Positions 23,563-32,924 of a stretch of 36,938 bases of DNA are shown in pieces (positions within the stretch are counted from its first letter, which is position 1; every line of letters begins with the position of its first letter). Origin of the DNA: a virus; IMG/VR virus record IMGVR_UViG_3300017728_000040, positions 1 through 36,938 of that record. The stretch is one strand, 5' to 3'. Below the pieces are notes generated by a model. That model saw only the letters and a list, made by a program, of their open reading frames with translations. It searched no databases and was not told the DNA's origin. A program made the position numbers and the translations under genes.

Positions 23563-25681
23563 AACTGAAATTGATATTGAAATACAACTGTCAGGAGCAA
23601 AGCGGGTTGAAAAACAGATTGATGATGTTCAAGGCGGTCTTGAAGGTCTAGGTGAAACAGGGTCAAGACTTGCTGATTCACTAGGATCAACTAATGAAAA
23701 ACTAGGTGAAGGTCTTGCAAACGTAGGCACATCTGTTGGTGAGTTAAAGGAATCATTCAAAGGTCTTGGTGCAGGTATTGCGAACTTAGGCAATACTGGT
23801 GCAAAAGGTTTGCTTGGTTTACTTGGTCCGTTGGGTGCAGTGGTTGCAGCTGGTGTTCTTGTATATGATACATTTAGGAACATCACAGGGGCGGCACAAA
23901 ACGCACAAGAAGCTGAGGAAGCAATGAATTCAGCAAGTGCAGACTTACAATCTAAACTTGAATCACTTGCTGAAAAGGGGGTTATTCCAACCACTAAAGA
24001 ACTAGAGCAATTCTCAATGGCTGTGATTGAATCACAACTTGCTAAAGAGTCATTTGAAACTGCAATGACTAAGTACAGGAAGACCTTTGAGAAGATCACA
24101 CAAGCCAAGGTCATGGCAGCACAGGCAGCAAGAGATGAAGCAAAAGCTGAAAAAATTGGTGGTGCTGTATATGTTCAGAATGTCCTTAAAAGAATTGAAG
24201 CTGATAAGCTTTTAGTTGCATCACGAAAAAAAGCACGAGTTGCTTTGAAGCAATTTCAAGAAGTCCAAAAAAACACATTGAAAGAATTAAAAGCAGCTGG
24301 TGAACAAGAACAAGAACTTGAAAAGCGTTCAACAGATTCATTGAAAGCAGATGCAAAAAAACAAGCCGCTTTGCAAAGGGAAGCTGATTTAATCCAAGCA
24401 AAGAACGATGCAAAAGGTGATGAGATCTACCTTGCACAAGCTGAATATAATCAATCAATTAAACAAATTGAACTTGAGGAAAAGCTTGAAGATGCAAACC
24501 ATGAAGACACACAGCTGATCTTAAATAAAATTAAGTTGAAAAGTAAGGTCAAAGCACAAGACGTTGCACTGATGAAGTTGAAGCAACGGCAAATTGAGAT
24601 TCTAAAAAAAGAAACAGCAGAAGAAAAGAAACAGGCAAGTTCAAGAGCAAAGGCGGGTCAAGCAAGAAGGAAGAAAAGGGAGCAAGAAAACAAAAGACTA
24701 TTGATGCTTGATTCACAACTTAGAATGATGACAATCAAACAGGAGCAAGAAGGCATTGACCAGCTGTTGATGTTGGAAAGTGAACGCCATCGTTTAACTG
24801 TTGAACTTACAAAGCAAGGAAGCAAAGAAAGACTGATTGAAGAGAAGAGGTTTCAAAGTGCTGTTCAAAATATTATTAATCAAGATCTCTTAGCAGAACA
24901 AAAGGCAGAAGATAAACGCCTTAAGATCATCAAAGATTCTAACATGAAGCAACTTGAACTTGAATATGACCTTGCTCAAAGTATGCTTGAACTAAATAAT
25001 CAACCTGCTGCAACTGAGTTTGGACAATTGCAGAATGAACAACAGCAACGCATGGTTGCATTAGAATTGCAATACAATAGAGAAGTTGATCTTGCTCGAA
25101 TGAAGGGTGAAGACATAAATGCAATTAATCAAGAGTATGCAATTGAACGTCTAAACTTTGACAAGCAAAATCTACAAGAACGTTCTGATTTAGTATCTGA
25201 TTATTTTGACAAATATGGTGAAGGGTTTGCACAAGCAGCCGTTGGTGCAATCCTGTTTGGTGATTCCTTTCAGGAGTCAACAGCAAAAGTATTGAACTCA
25301 TTAGCAGAACAAGCGGGCGTTGAATCAATCATGTCATTAGCAAAAGGGTTTGCACAACTTGCCCTTAGTGATCCAAGGGCATCAGCATCATTTAAAGCGG
25401 CGGCCTTGTTTGGAACAGCGACAGTGGTTGCAGGTGCAGCAGGCGGTGCATTAAGTGGAGGGGGTGGAACGGGTGCAAGTGCATCACCAAGTGGTGCACC
25501 AACTACCGCACCAACACCGCAACGTGAAGAAGTAAGAAATGACGCTATGGTGTTCAATGTCAACTTTGGTGGTGCGGTTGTGTATGATACTAAGAAAGCA
25601 GCAGAACAAGCACTTGCAGACAGATTGGTTACTATACTGAATCAACCAAGGCGGGGTGCACCTCGAATCAATAGGAGATAA
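23552..25681 (+). CDS. Tail tape measure protein
   Basis: 709 aa. Long charged coiled-coil centre, Gly/Ala-rich hydrophobic segments near both ends, and the expected position after G/GT. Confidence 0.85.
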   Translation: MATETEIDIEIQLSGAKRVEKQIDDVQGGLEGLGETGSRLADSLGSTNEKLGEGLANVGTSVGELKESFKGLGAGIANLGNTGAKGLLGLLGPLGAVVAAGVLVYDTFRNITGAAQNAQEAEEAMNSASADLQSKLESLAEKGVIPTTKELEQFSMAVIESQLAKESFETAMTKYRKTFEKITQAKVMAAQAARDEAKAEKIGGAVYVQNVLKRIEADKLLVASRKKARVALKQFQEVQKNTLKELKAAGEQEQELEKRSTDSLKADAKKQAALQREADLIQAKNDAKGDEIYLAQAEYNQSIKQIELEEKLEDANHEDTQLILNKIKLKSKVKAQDVALMKLKQRQIEILKKETAEEKKQASSRAKAGQARRKKREQENKRLLMLDSQLRMMTIKQEQEGIDQLLMLESERHRLTVELTKQGSKERLIEEKRFQSAVQNIINQDLLAEQKAEDKRLKIIKDSNMKQLELEYDLAQSMLELNNQPAATEFGQLQNEQQQRMVALELQYNREVDLARMKGEDINAINQEYAIERLNFDKQNLQERSDLVSDYFDKYGEGFAQAAVGAILFGDSFQESTAKVLNSLAEQAGVESIMSLAKGFAQLALSDPRASASFKAAALFGTATVVAGAAGGALSGGGGTGASASPSGAPTTAPTPQREEVRNDAMVFNVNFGGAVVYDTKKAAEQALADRLVTILNQPRRGAPRINRR

Positions 25682-25682
25682 T

Positions 25683-26879
25683 ATGCCTTTAAATAATCCT
25701 TCACCTAACTTTGCTTTATTAAGTGGGTTCAATGCTCGCACTTGGTCCAATGTCAATGTGTTTGACCGTGGTTCAAATAATGTAACACTACCCACTTTCA
25801 CAACGGGTCAAGGTCTGTATGATGATGTCATTTCATTCTTGAATGGACGTGGCAGTGAATCAGGTATTGCAATGTCTGACTTATTACAATCAACGGCGGC
25901 CTTTGGTAGCAACTGGTCTGTAAGTATAAACGCAAGTGATAAGGTGGTGATCACTTGTGATAATTCATTCAAAGTTAGATTGAAAAGTGGTGCTGATGAT
26001 TTGGGTGTTGGGTCTTCATCATTTGGAGCCGCTGCAACTTCATTCACATGTCCAAATGATTGGACAAGAGGGAGTGAAATCAAAACGGCATCATATGAAT
26101 TTGTTGATTCTTCAGATGCAAACTCATTCACATTCACATTGACAGGTGGATTGAATGTACAAGATTTAATTGTAGCAATTCGTGAACGTGGTGTTGTCAA
26201 TGACGTTGATGATGTTAATGCAGCAGACTGTCTTGAAAAACTTGATCTAACTGCCAACACTGCAAGTCAATATATCAAGTGGTATCTGAATGACAGTGGT
26301 CACGTTGAGTGCATGTATTCAAATGCCATTGGTAACATAACTTGGGTATCTACATCATTTAGAAACAGACTTGGATTTAGTGGCAATGAATCACCAAGTG
26401 GAACTTTGATCAAGACTTTAACAGCTGATCATCCTTGCCCAGGTGCATTGTATCCTTCACGCCCTTATCAAGATCACCATCTTCAAATTCAAACCGTATC
26501 ACAATCACGCCGTAAAATTGGCGGTGGCTTTGCATCCAACTTTGTTGGTTCATATATCCAATCAAGTTTATTGTTTGACCTTGATGCGTTGCTTGATCAG
26601 ATTGATCTGTATAGACACTTTACAAACAACTTCATTGGATACATAGGCAATGGTGAAAGAATCACGTTTTATCAGAATGTGGGTGACTCAAGAAGATCAT
26701 TGACAACGGGTGAAGTCAATTTAGGTCAACCCGCCTATGATTTACTTTATACATCAGAAGACAATGGAAACACAGGACGCATTCGAGGGTCACTAGTTGA
26801 TTCAGATGCTATCAACCTTGGTTATCCAAACCGCTTGAAAAGACGTGTGCCTGTGTCTTTAGTGATGGAGCACTTATGA
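25683..26879 (+). CDS. Distal tail protein candidate
   Basis: Start set at ATG 25683 (SD AGGAGA). 398 aa, the first gene after the tape measure. Confidence 0.5.
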   Translation: MPLNNPSPNFALLSGFNARTWSNVNVFDRGSNNVTLPTFTTGQGLYDDVISFLNGRGSESGIAMSDLLQSTAAFGSNWSVSINASDKVVITCDNSFKVRLKSGADDLGVGSSSFGAAATSFTCPNDWTRGSEIKTASYEFVDSSDANSFTFTLTGGLNVQDLIVAIRERGVVNDVDDVNAADCLEKLDLTANTASQYIKWYLNDSGHVECMYSNAIGNITWVSTSFRNRLGFSGNESPSGTLIKTLTADHPCPGALYPSRPYQDHHLQIQTVSQSRRKIGGGFASNFVGSYIQSSLLFDLDALLDQIDLYRHFTNNFIGYIGNGERITFYQNVGDSRRSLTTGEVNLGQPAYDLLYTSEDNGNTGRIRGSLVDSDAINLGYPNRLKRRVPVSLVMEHL

Positions 26880-27943
26880 GTAATACATTTACAAGTCCAC
26901 CAACAGTTCCTGATACTGGTGATCTAATTGCAGGCCGTGTGATTAAGACAGAATCCATGGCACGCATGGGTAATTTATCAAACTACATCCATGCACACGG
27001 TTCAACCTCGAACTGTATCAGTCAAGCGTTTGATGTCCACACTTGCGTAACAAACTCCACATCATTTGTTGATCTGTGTAGATGGCGTGTGCCTATACCA
27101 TCAAACAACCATACTACTATTCAATTCCATGTTGCAGCAAGAGTCACCACCACAGGAACAGGAACCTTAAAGTTTACACTGACAGATTCCAATGGTACTG
27201 CACAAGGTGACAGTTCAATTTCAATCACATCTACTGCAAGCATTCACGCACACGCAACTGTTTCACACACGTTCACATCATCCACCACGGCGGCTTATGT
27301 TGACATTGTAATGACAGGTAAAGTTGCAGCAAATACATATGATGTAGATGTTCAAGTGATTGCCGCTCGCTTCACTGCATTGACTTCACCACTAAGTGCA
27401 GGAAACACAGCACAAGGTTCTGATAAAATCACCCCCTTTGGTGCTTCACGCCTTGGTGCAAACAATGCATTATCATCAAGGGCGGGTGTTCAATGGAGAA
27501 CAAACATTGAAACAATGAGGTCAAGGAAAAGACCATTGTTGATCTGGTCAGGTATAGAGAATCCATCAAGTGCATTTGCAGGCCGTGGTCAAGGCCCTAA
27601 ATCTTTAGGTGTAGGTGACTGTCAATCCATGCAGGTTCAAAGTCCTTTGCTTGTAGGTGGTGGATCAATCACAGTGTGGATTTATGTGGTTGATATAAGT
27701 GGAACAAAGAAGTTTGCTTTTATGAACAGGTTGTTTTCTGTCACTTCCAATGGGTGGAATGAATTCACTTTCACGCCATCACTAGACAATACAACACTTG
27801 AAGCAACCATCTTTGGATTTCCATTGTACAAGATCAATCCAACGGCTTATGTTGAATCTGATACATTGCTTGATTCAGCGGACCGTCTTGCAGCTGTATT
27901 AAGTGCACCTCGAATCACGGCCTTATCTGTATGGAGTAATTAA
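26876..27943 (+). CDS. Tail/baseplate structural protein
   Basis: 355 aa with an ATGA overlap. Thr/Ser-rich and beta-like. Called on position only. Confidence 0.5.
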   Translation: MSNTFTSPPTVPDTGDLIAGRVIKTESMARMGNLSNYIHAHGSTSNCISQAFDVHTCVTNSTSFVDLCRWRVPIPSNNHTTIQFHVAARVTTTGTGTLKFTLTDSNGTAQGDSSISITSTASIHAHATVSHTFTSSTTAAYVDIVMTGKVAANTYDVDVQVIAARFTALTSPLSAGNTAQGSDKITPFGASRLGANNALSSRAGVQWRTNIETMRSRKRPLLIWSGIENPSSAFAGRGQGPKSLGVGDCQSMQVQSPLLVGGGSITVWIYVVDISGTKKFAFMNRLFSVTSNGWNEFTFTPSLDNTTLEATIFGFPLYKINPTAYVESDTLLDSADRLAAVLSAPRITALSVWSN

Positions 27944-27944
27944 G

Positions 27945-28586
27945 ATGCTAGTACCTAGATCTTTTCAACCGCTCGCAAGAGAACAATCCACATATATGGG
28001 TGTGACTGTTGTAGGTGGTGTAGTCAATCAGTTTGCACAAGCCTTGGTTCAAATGTCTCATTGCAAGTTTTTAGGACATGCAAATTATACAATTGCAAAA
28101 GATACTGTTGGCAGGTTTGGTGGAATCTTCTCAACAGTGACAAGCACCAATTGGTCAGGTATTTCACCTGGTCTAAATAAAACAAGTAAGTATTACTCGT
28201 TTATGTATGGATCAACACCCATAAGTGAATGGATAGGTGTTATCTTTCAGTATGTGGCTACAAACTCAAGTAGTGGGAACAGTCCTGCAATCACATTCAG
28301 AATCAAAAATACAAGTGGTACTGTTCTTTCCAAGGCAGTCAAGTTCTCATTTCCTGCACATCTCCAAATGTTCAATGATGGTGATCTTGACAGACCTGCA
28401 ACAGCAACCACAGGTGCAACCTTTTACAATCCACCAAGTGGAACAAGTGGTACTGATGATCCAAGGCCCCTTTATATCCCCTTATCAAATCGTGGTGAAA
28501 TGCTATTGTTTGAAGTTGAGGTTGAAGACTGTGATCTTGTATCTGTTTCTTTCTTTGATCTATACCAACCAGAGGTGACACCATGA
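27945..28586 (+). CDS. Tail/baseplate structural protein
   Basis: Start set at ATG 27945, just after the TAA of the previous gene. 213 aa. Confidence 0.5.
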   Translation: MLVPRSFQPLAREQSTYMGVTVVGGVVNQFAQALVQMSHCKFLGHANYTIAKDTVGRFGGIFSTVTSTNWSGISPGLNKTSKYYSFMYGSTPISEWIGVIFQYVATNSSSGNSPAITFRIKNTSGTVLSKAVKFSFPAHLQMFNDGDLDRPATATTGATFYNPPSGTSGTDDPRPLYIPLSNRGEMLLFEVEVEDCDLVSVSFFDLYQPEVTP

Positions 28587-31500
28587 GCATCCTTGAACAA
28601 CACGGTAGACGTGTCTTTGTCTTAGAAATTGGTGGCCTTTCCACACGTTATGTTTCTGACAGTGTAGACATTTCCACAACCAACCTTGATGCAAACTTGA
28701 CAACAGGCATTGCATACTCGAACGTTGAAGGCATTGTTGAAGTGGGTGCATACCAAGCAAGCATTGATCCTGCTGGTGGAATTGCAGACTACTCACCTGT
28801 TTCAATCATGCTTTCATCTGAAAGATTAAGAGGGGGTTTATCAGATCCTCATGTGATCTTTGGAAGATGTGGACCTCGTGCAACTGATGTTATCAAGGCA
28901 CAAGTATCAACTGACATCTTTCACAATGACGCAACTAAAACAATCACAGTTGATCAAGACTTTACATCTTTGTCATTTCCAAGGGTCATGCATATAGGTG
29001 CAGAAACTGTTCGTGTGAGTAGTGCAACGTCAACCACATTGACAATTTCAAACCGTGGTGTTGGACGTACTCCTATTCAAACACATGTATCATCATTGGG
29101 TGGAACCAATGTGCCTGAAATCTTTACTGAGATTGTAAACTTTAGAGGTCGTAAAGCTTCCTTATATATGGGGCAAAAAAGACCAGATGGTTCAATCAAT
29201 GCAATGACTGAAATCATCAATGGCTTTATAGAAGAATCACCTGATGTTGAAACAATCAATGCAATCAACCTTTCTATTATCCCATTGACCGCACTGATTG
29301 ATAATAAAGTTTCTGATACTGCATTGAACACTACACTTGTACAGGGCTATCATAACTTTGATGAATTGAATGGATCCAAACTTGAATATATTATAATGAC
29401 AAGTGAAAGTGAACCATTCAGAATTGTTGGATCAACAGGTTCAAGTACATTGACATACTTATCTGATGACCTACCTATTGATCACTCCACAACATTTGAC
29501 GCAAGCCTGCCACCTGCTGATGATGGCAATTATTATATTCATCCTAGATACCCTGAGTTGATCAATAGTGATGGCCGTTTATTTCCTCGAACAATGACAG
29601 CCACTACATTGACATATGATAATACAGATACGAGTTACAATAGTTTGGTGCCTTCATCCAATGCAACTAAACGAGTAAAAGTTAGAACACCAAGGGGTGA
29701 AGTAAAATCATACAGATTGACATCAGGCGTTCAAAGATTTCCACAAATCATCAATGATGTTTTAGAAACTAATCAGACAGGGTCACCGTTGGGCACGTTG
29801 GGTGCGTTCATTAATTGGAAAGTATCAGATGACAATTCTTTTATGATGAAGTCATTAGTGAATAAAGAAACAGCAGAATCATATATCTTCTTTTTCACAG
29901 GCAAACGTGCGTTGAAGTATCTTGAGTTTGTTCATGAATTGCCACCGTTGGGAATATGGGATAATAACATTACAGGTATTTATACAACTAGCAATATGGA
30001 AAGGTTGTTTTATCCTTTCGATATATGGGTGACTCCATTCCCAACAGATCCCATTGTTGAACAAGGGGCCGTTGAAGAACCTTTTGAAAGTGCATCATGG
30101 GCATCATTTAAAGGAGGTGACAGGAAAGACCAAAGCAAAAAGAATGATATTCGAGGTACGGCCCTTGCATATTATCAAAATGGAGAACCAACTATTCTTG
30201 TGAAAGATAATCTTGGTCTACCAACTTCACCAAGTGCGGGCGTGTCTTTTGGTCTTGAGGTCGTATACTATGACAGAAGAGAAGATAGAGAAGGGTATCA
30301 AACCTTTCCTATAACGCATCAAACAACAGCCACATACGGCGGCTCTGACATTGGATACTTATTACACATTGAAGAACCATATGCAGATTCAAGGCGGTCA
30401 TCGTTTGGAGATTGGTCAGGATATGAACCTACTAAGATATACTTAACCAATCGAATTACATTTCAAACACCAGGTGAAGCAATCTTAAAACTTCTTCAAA
30501 GCGGTGGGGGTTCGAGCATCAACGGTTCATTTGATACATCATCAATTGGATTGAACATTGATGAATCAGAGATTGACATTAATTCATTTCTTCAATATGA
30601 ATCCATCCCTAACATTATGATCAACCTTGATTTACGCAGTGAAGGTGAAGATTTTAGAAGTGTACTCACTCCACTTCTTCAAGCAATGGGTGCTGTGTTG
30701 GTGATGAGAAGAAATGAAAACGGGCGGTGCAAGATTGCATTGCAACCCATTGGTTTGGAACAAGCATCATCAAGTGCATTGACTATCAATGAAGCTGATT
30801 GGATTGCAGACACTCCACCAACTTGGTCAACTTATGAAGACATAGTCACACAGATTGAAATCAACTTTGATTATGATGTGAATGAACAGAAGTTAAGAAC
30901 AAAGCGGGTGTTTAATAATCAAGAAGCAATCAACAGATACAACAATGAAACCAACGCAATCAAGCTTGATTTGTTTGGTGTCTCATCAAGTCAGATAGGT
31001 GGAACGGGTGGTGACTCTTTTTCTTTCTTCTTACCTGTTATCACTCGCATATTCAATCTACTATCAAACCCGTTGAGAATATGGCGTGGTCTGATTGGTA
31101 CAGGTCAAAGTGCGTTGATGGATGTTGGAAGATATGCACTAGTAAACTCACCTTTCTTAAAAGCATATGGTGTTGATTATGGTGTTACTGATGGTGTTGG
31201 TTTCATTCGTTCCATACGTCAAGAACTGATGAGTGAAGGTTGTGAAATCGAATTGATTCACACAGGTGTTCGTTCATCATCATGGAATGATTCAGCACTA
31301 GTCACTGCTACACCATCCACAAATACAGTGACGATTGATCAAGATGCTTTCTCAAACTCCAATGCATTGGGTGTGGATGTCAAAGATTCAGACTTTTTCA
31401 AGGTGGATGATGTGGTTGACTACTTACCCGCCGGTGATCATGACAACGCAATTACAGGTTTGATTATTTCATCCATTGTTGACAATGGTGCAACTGCTAC

Positions 31501-31657
31501 AATCACGTTTACAACTACCCACGGTATTTCAACTTTAAACGGCACACTTGAACCCACTGCTTATGCAACAGCAACGGCAGGTCAACAGGTTGATGCCTAT
31601 ATTGCCAACGCATCAGGTGTGCTTGGTACATCTGACAATGGAAAGGAATTTGTATGA
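28583..31657 (+). CDS. Large tail-tip / host-specificity (J-like) protein
   Basis: 1024 aa, the largest ORF. ATGA overlap. Located downstream of the tape measure and distal tail genes. Confidence 0.6.
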   Translation: MSILEQHGRRVFVLEIGGLSTRYVSDSVDISTTNLDANLTTGIAYSNVEGIVEVGAYQASIDPAGGIADYSPVSIMLSSERLRGGLSDPHVIFGRCGPRATDVIKAQVSTDIFHNDATKTITVDQDFTSLSFPRVMHIGAETVRVSSATSTTLTISNRGVGRTPIQTHVSSLGGTNVPEIFTEIVNFRGRKASLYMGQKRPDGSINAMTEIINGFIEESPDVETINAINLSIIPLTALIDNKVSDTALNTTLVQGYHNFDELNGSKLEYIIMTSESEPFRIVGSTGSSTLTYLSDDLPIDHSTTFDASLPPADDGNYYIHPRYPELINSDGRLFPRTMTATTLTYDNTDTSYNSLVPSSNATKRVKVRTPRGEVKSYRLTSGVQRFPQIINDVLETNQTGSPLGTLGAFINWKVSDDNSFMMKSLVNKETAESYIFFFTGKRALKYLEFVHELPPLGIWDNNITGIYTTSNMERLFYPFDIWVTPFPTDPIVEQGAVEEPFESASWASFKGGDRKDQSKKNDIRGTALAYYQNGEPTILVKDNLGLPTSPSAGVSFGLEVVYYDRREDREGYQTFPITHQTTATYGGSDIGYLLHIEEPYADSRRSSFGDWSGYEPTKIYLTNRITFQTPGEAILKLLQSGGGSSINGSFDTSSIGLNIDESEIDINSFLQYESIPNIMINLDLRSEGEDFRSVLTPLLQAMGAVLVMRRNENGRCKIALQPIGLEQASSSALTINEADWIADTPPTWSTYEDIVTQIEINFDYDVNEQKLRTKRVFNNQEAINRYNNETNAIKLDLFGVSSSQIGGTGGDSFSFFLPVITRIFNLLSNPLRIWRGLIGTGQSALMDVGRYALVNSPFLKAYGVDYGVTDGVGFIRSIRQELMSEGCEIELIHTGVRSSSWNDSALVTATPSTNTVTIDQDAFSNSNALGVDVKDSDFFKVDDVVDYLPAGDHDNAITGLIISSIVDNGATATITFTTTHGISTLNGTLEPTAYATATAGQQVDAYIANASGVLGTSDNGKEFV

Positions 31658-32343
31658 GTCGCTACACAAAAGCACAACTAGAGGAAAAGCTTGATATTCT
31701 TGAACATCAAGTAAGACGTTATAGAAGGGCATTCAATCAAATCAATATTGATGTTGAAGTCAATAAGACAGTCAATGTGAATATTGAACGCAATGTAAAT
31801 CCACACGAACACGTTCACTATGTCTTGAAGAATGCAGAATCTGAATGGTCTGACAACATCACAGAACCAGGTGAAGGTGGTGACTCAAGTCGTATCACAT
31901 ACTATATCAAGAATAAGAATGCACTTGGTTGGACTTGGGAAGATGATTATGTAAAGAACGGTCAATATGCATGGTGTGGTGCATTTGCTGCTGCTGTGTA
32001 TGGTCCAAAGGTGCGTTTCAATATTCGTCAAAAGATTTTTCCTTCATGTTGGAGATTATATGACAATTGGTTTGAGACTTCACGCCATCAAGATAAAGCA
32101 TCAATAGTGCCTGGTGATCTTGTGGTTGTGTTTACATCTGATGAACAATCACCATACTATGGTAATCACATCACCATTGCTCGAACTTCACCAAACAAAG
32201 ATGGAGAATTCCACACTATAGAAGGAAACGCACACGGTGTTGGACCAGATCAAACGTGGCGTGAAGGTGTATCAAAACGTACACGCAATTTAAAAGATGT
32301 TGCACACGTCTACCGCTTGATTGATGAGGACTATGATGAATAG
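31654..32343 (+). CDS. CHAP / NlpC-P60-superfamily peptidoglycan hydrolase
   Basis: Catalytic Cys context QYAWCGAFAAAVYG. His context GNHITIARTS...HTIEGNAHG. N-terminal coiled coil. Confidence 0.7.
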   Translation: MSRYTKAQLEEKLDILEHQVRRYRRAFNQINIDVEVNKTVNVNIERNVNPHEHVHYVLKNAESEWSDNITEPGEGGDSSRITYYIKNKNALGWTWEDDYVKNGQYAWCGAFAAAVYGPKVRFNIRQKIFPSCWRLYDNWFETSRHQDKASIVPGDLVVVFTSDEQSPYYGNHITIARTSPNKDGEFHTIEGNAHGVGPDQTWREGVSKRTRNLKDVAHVYRLIDEDYDE

Positions 32344-32569
32344 TGAAGAAGAAAAGACTATGCTTTATAGGTTAGGAGGTCGTAAAGCAATGGCTTTTTA
32401 TTGTACCTTGCTAGTTTTATTTATACTTGCTTTAATAGGAAAGGCACACGCTGAAATCATCAGTGCAATTGATAGTTTATTCTTAATCTTTGCAGGTTCC
32501 AACGTGATCAAATCCAAAACACAACAGACTCAAACAGGAGAAAACACAGATGGCACTATCAACAAATGA
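32321..32569 (+). CDS. Holin-like protein with two TM segments (true start probably 32336 or 32360)
   Basis: Hydrophobic spans AMAFYCTLLVLFILALIG and IISAIDSLFLIFAGSNVI with a polar C-terminus. It directly follows the lysin. Confidence 0.5.
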   Translation: MMRTMMNSEEEKTMLYRLGGRKAMAFYCTLLVLFILALIGKAHAEIISAIDSLFLIFAGSNVIKSKTQQTQTGENTDGTINK

Positions 32570-32915
32570 TCCAATATCAGCAGGTTCAATTCGTGCAGTC
32601 TATAATGCATCATCAGTCAACAATACAAATTGGAATGATTTAGTTTCAACAGACTTTGTAGACACAACCACGGGTTCAACTTGTGCAGCAAGTTTGAAGT
32701 TTGCTTTTCTTGCTGTGGTCAATAAAGGCTCTGATCTTGCATATATTAAATATCGTGCTCGAACAGGTGCAGGTGATGCAGTCACAAATGAATTGCCCGT
32801 TGATTATTTATATAGTGATGACATTGCTACAATCTCCACTGATGTTTCAACCATTGCTTTTAAAAAAGGTGCAGCAAGTGATTCAGTTTATTTTGTTGCA
32901 GGCTTTGTGAAATAA
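32550..32915 (+). CDS. Hypothetical beta-rich structural protein
   Basis: 121 aa. It overlaps the previous ORF by 20 nt and precedes the fibre gene. Confidence 0.5.
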   Translation: MALSTNDPISAGSIRAVYNASSVNNTNWNDLVSTDFVDTTTGSTCAASLKFAFLAVVNKGSDLAYIKYRARTGAGDAVTNELPVDYLYSDDIATISTDVSTIAFKKGAASDSVYFVAGFVK

Positions 32916-32924
32916 GGAGATACA

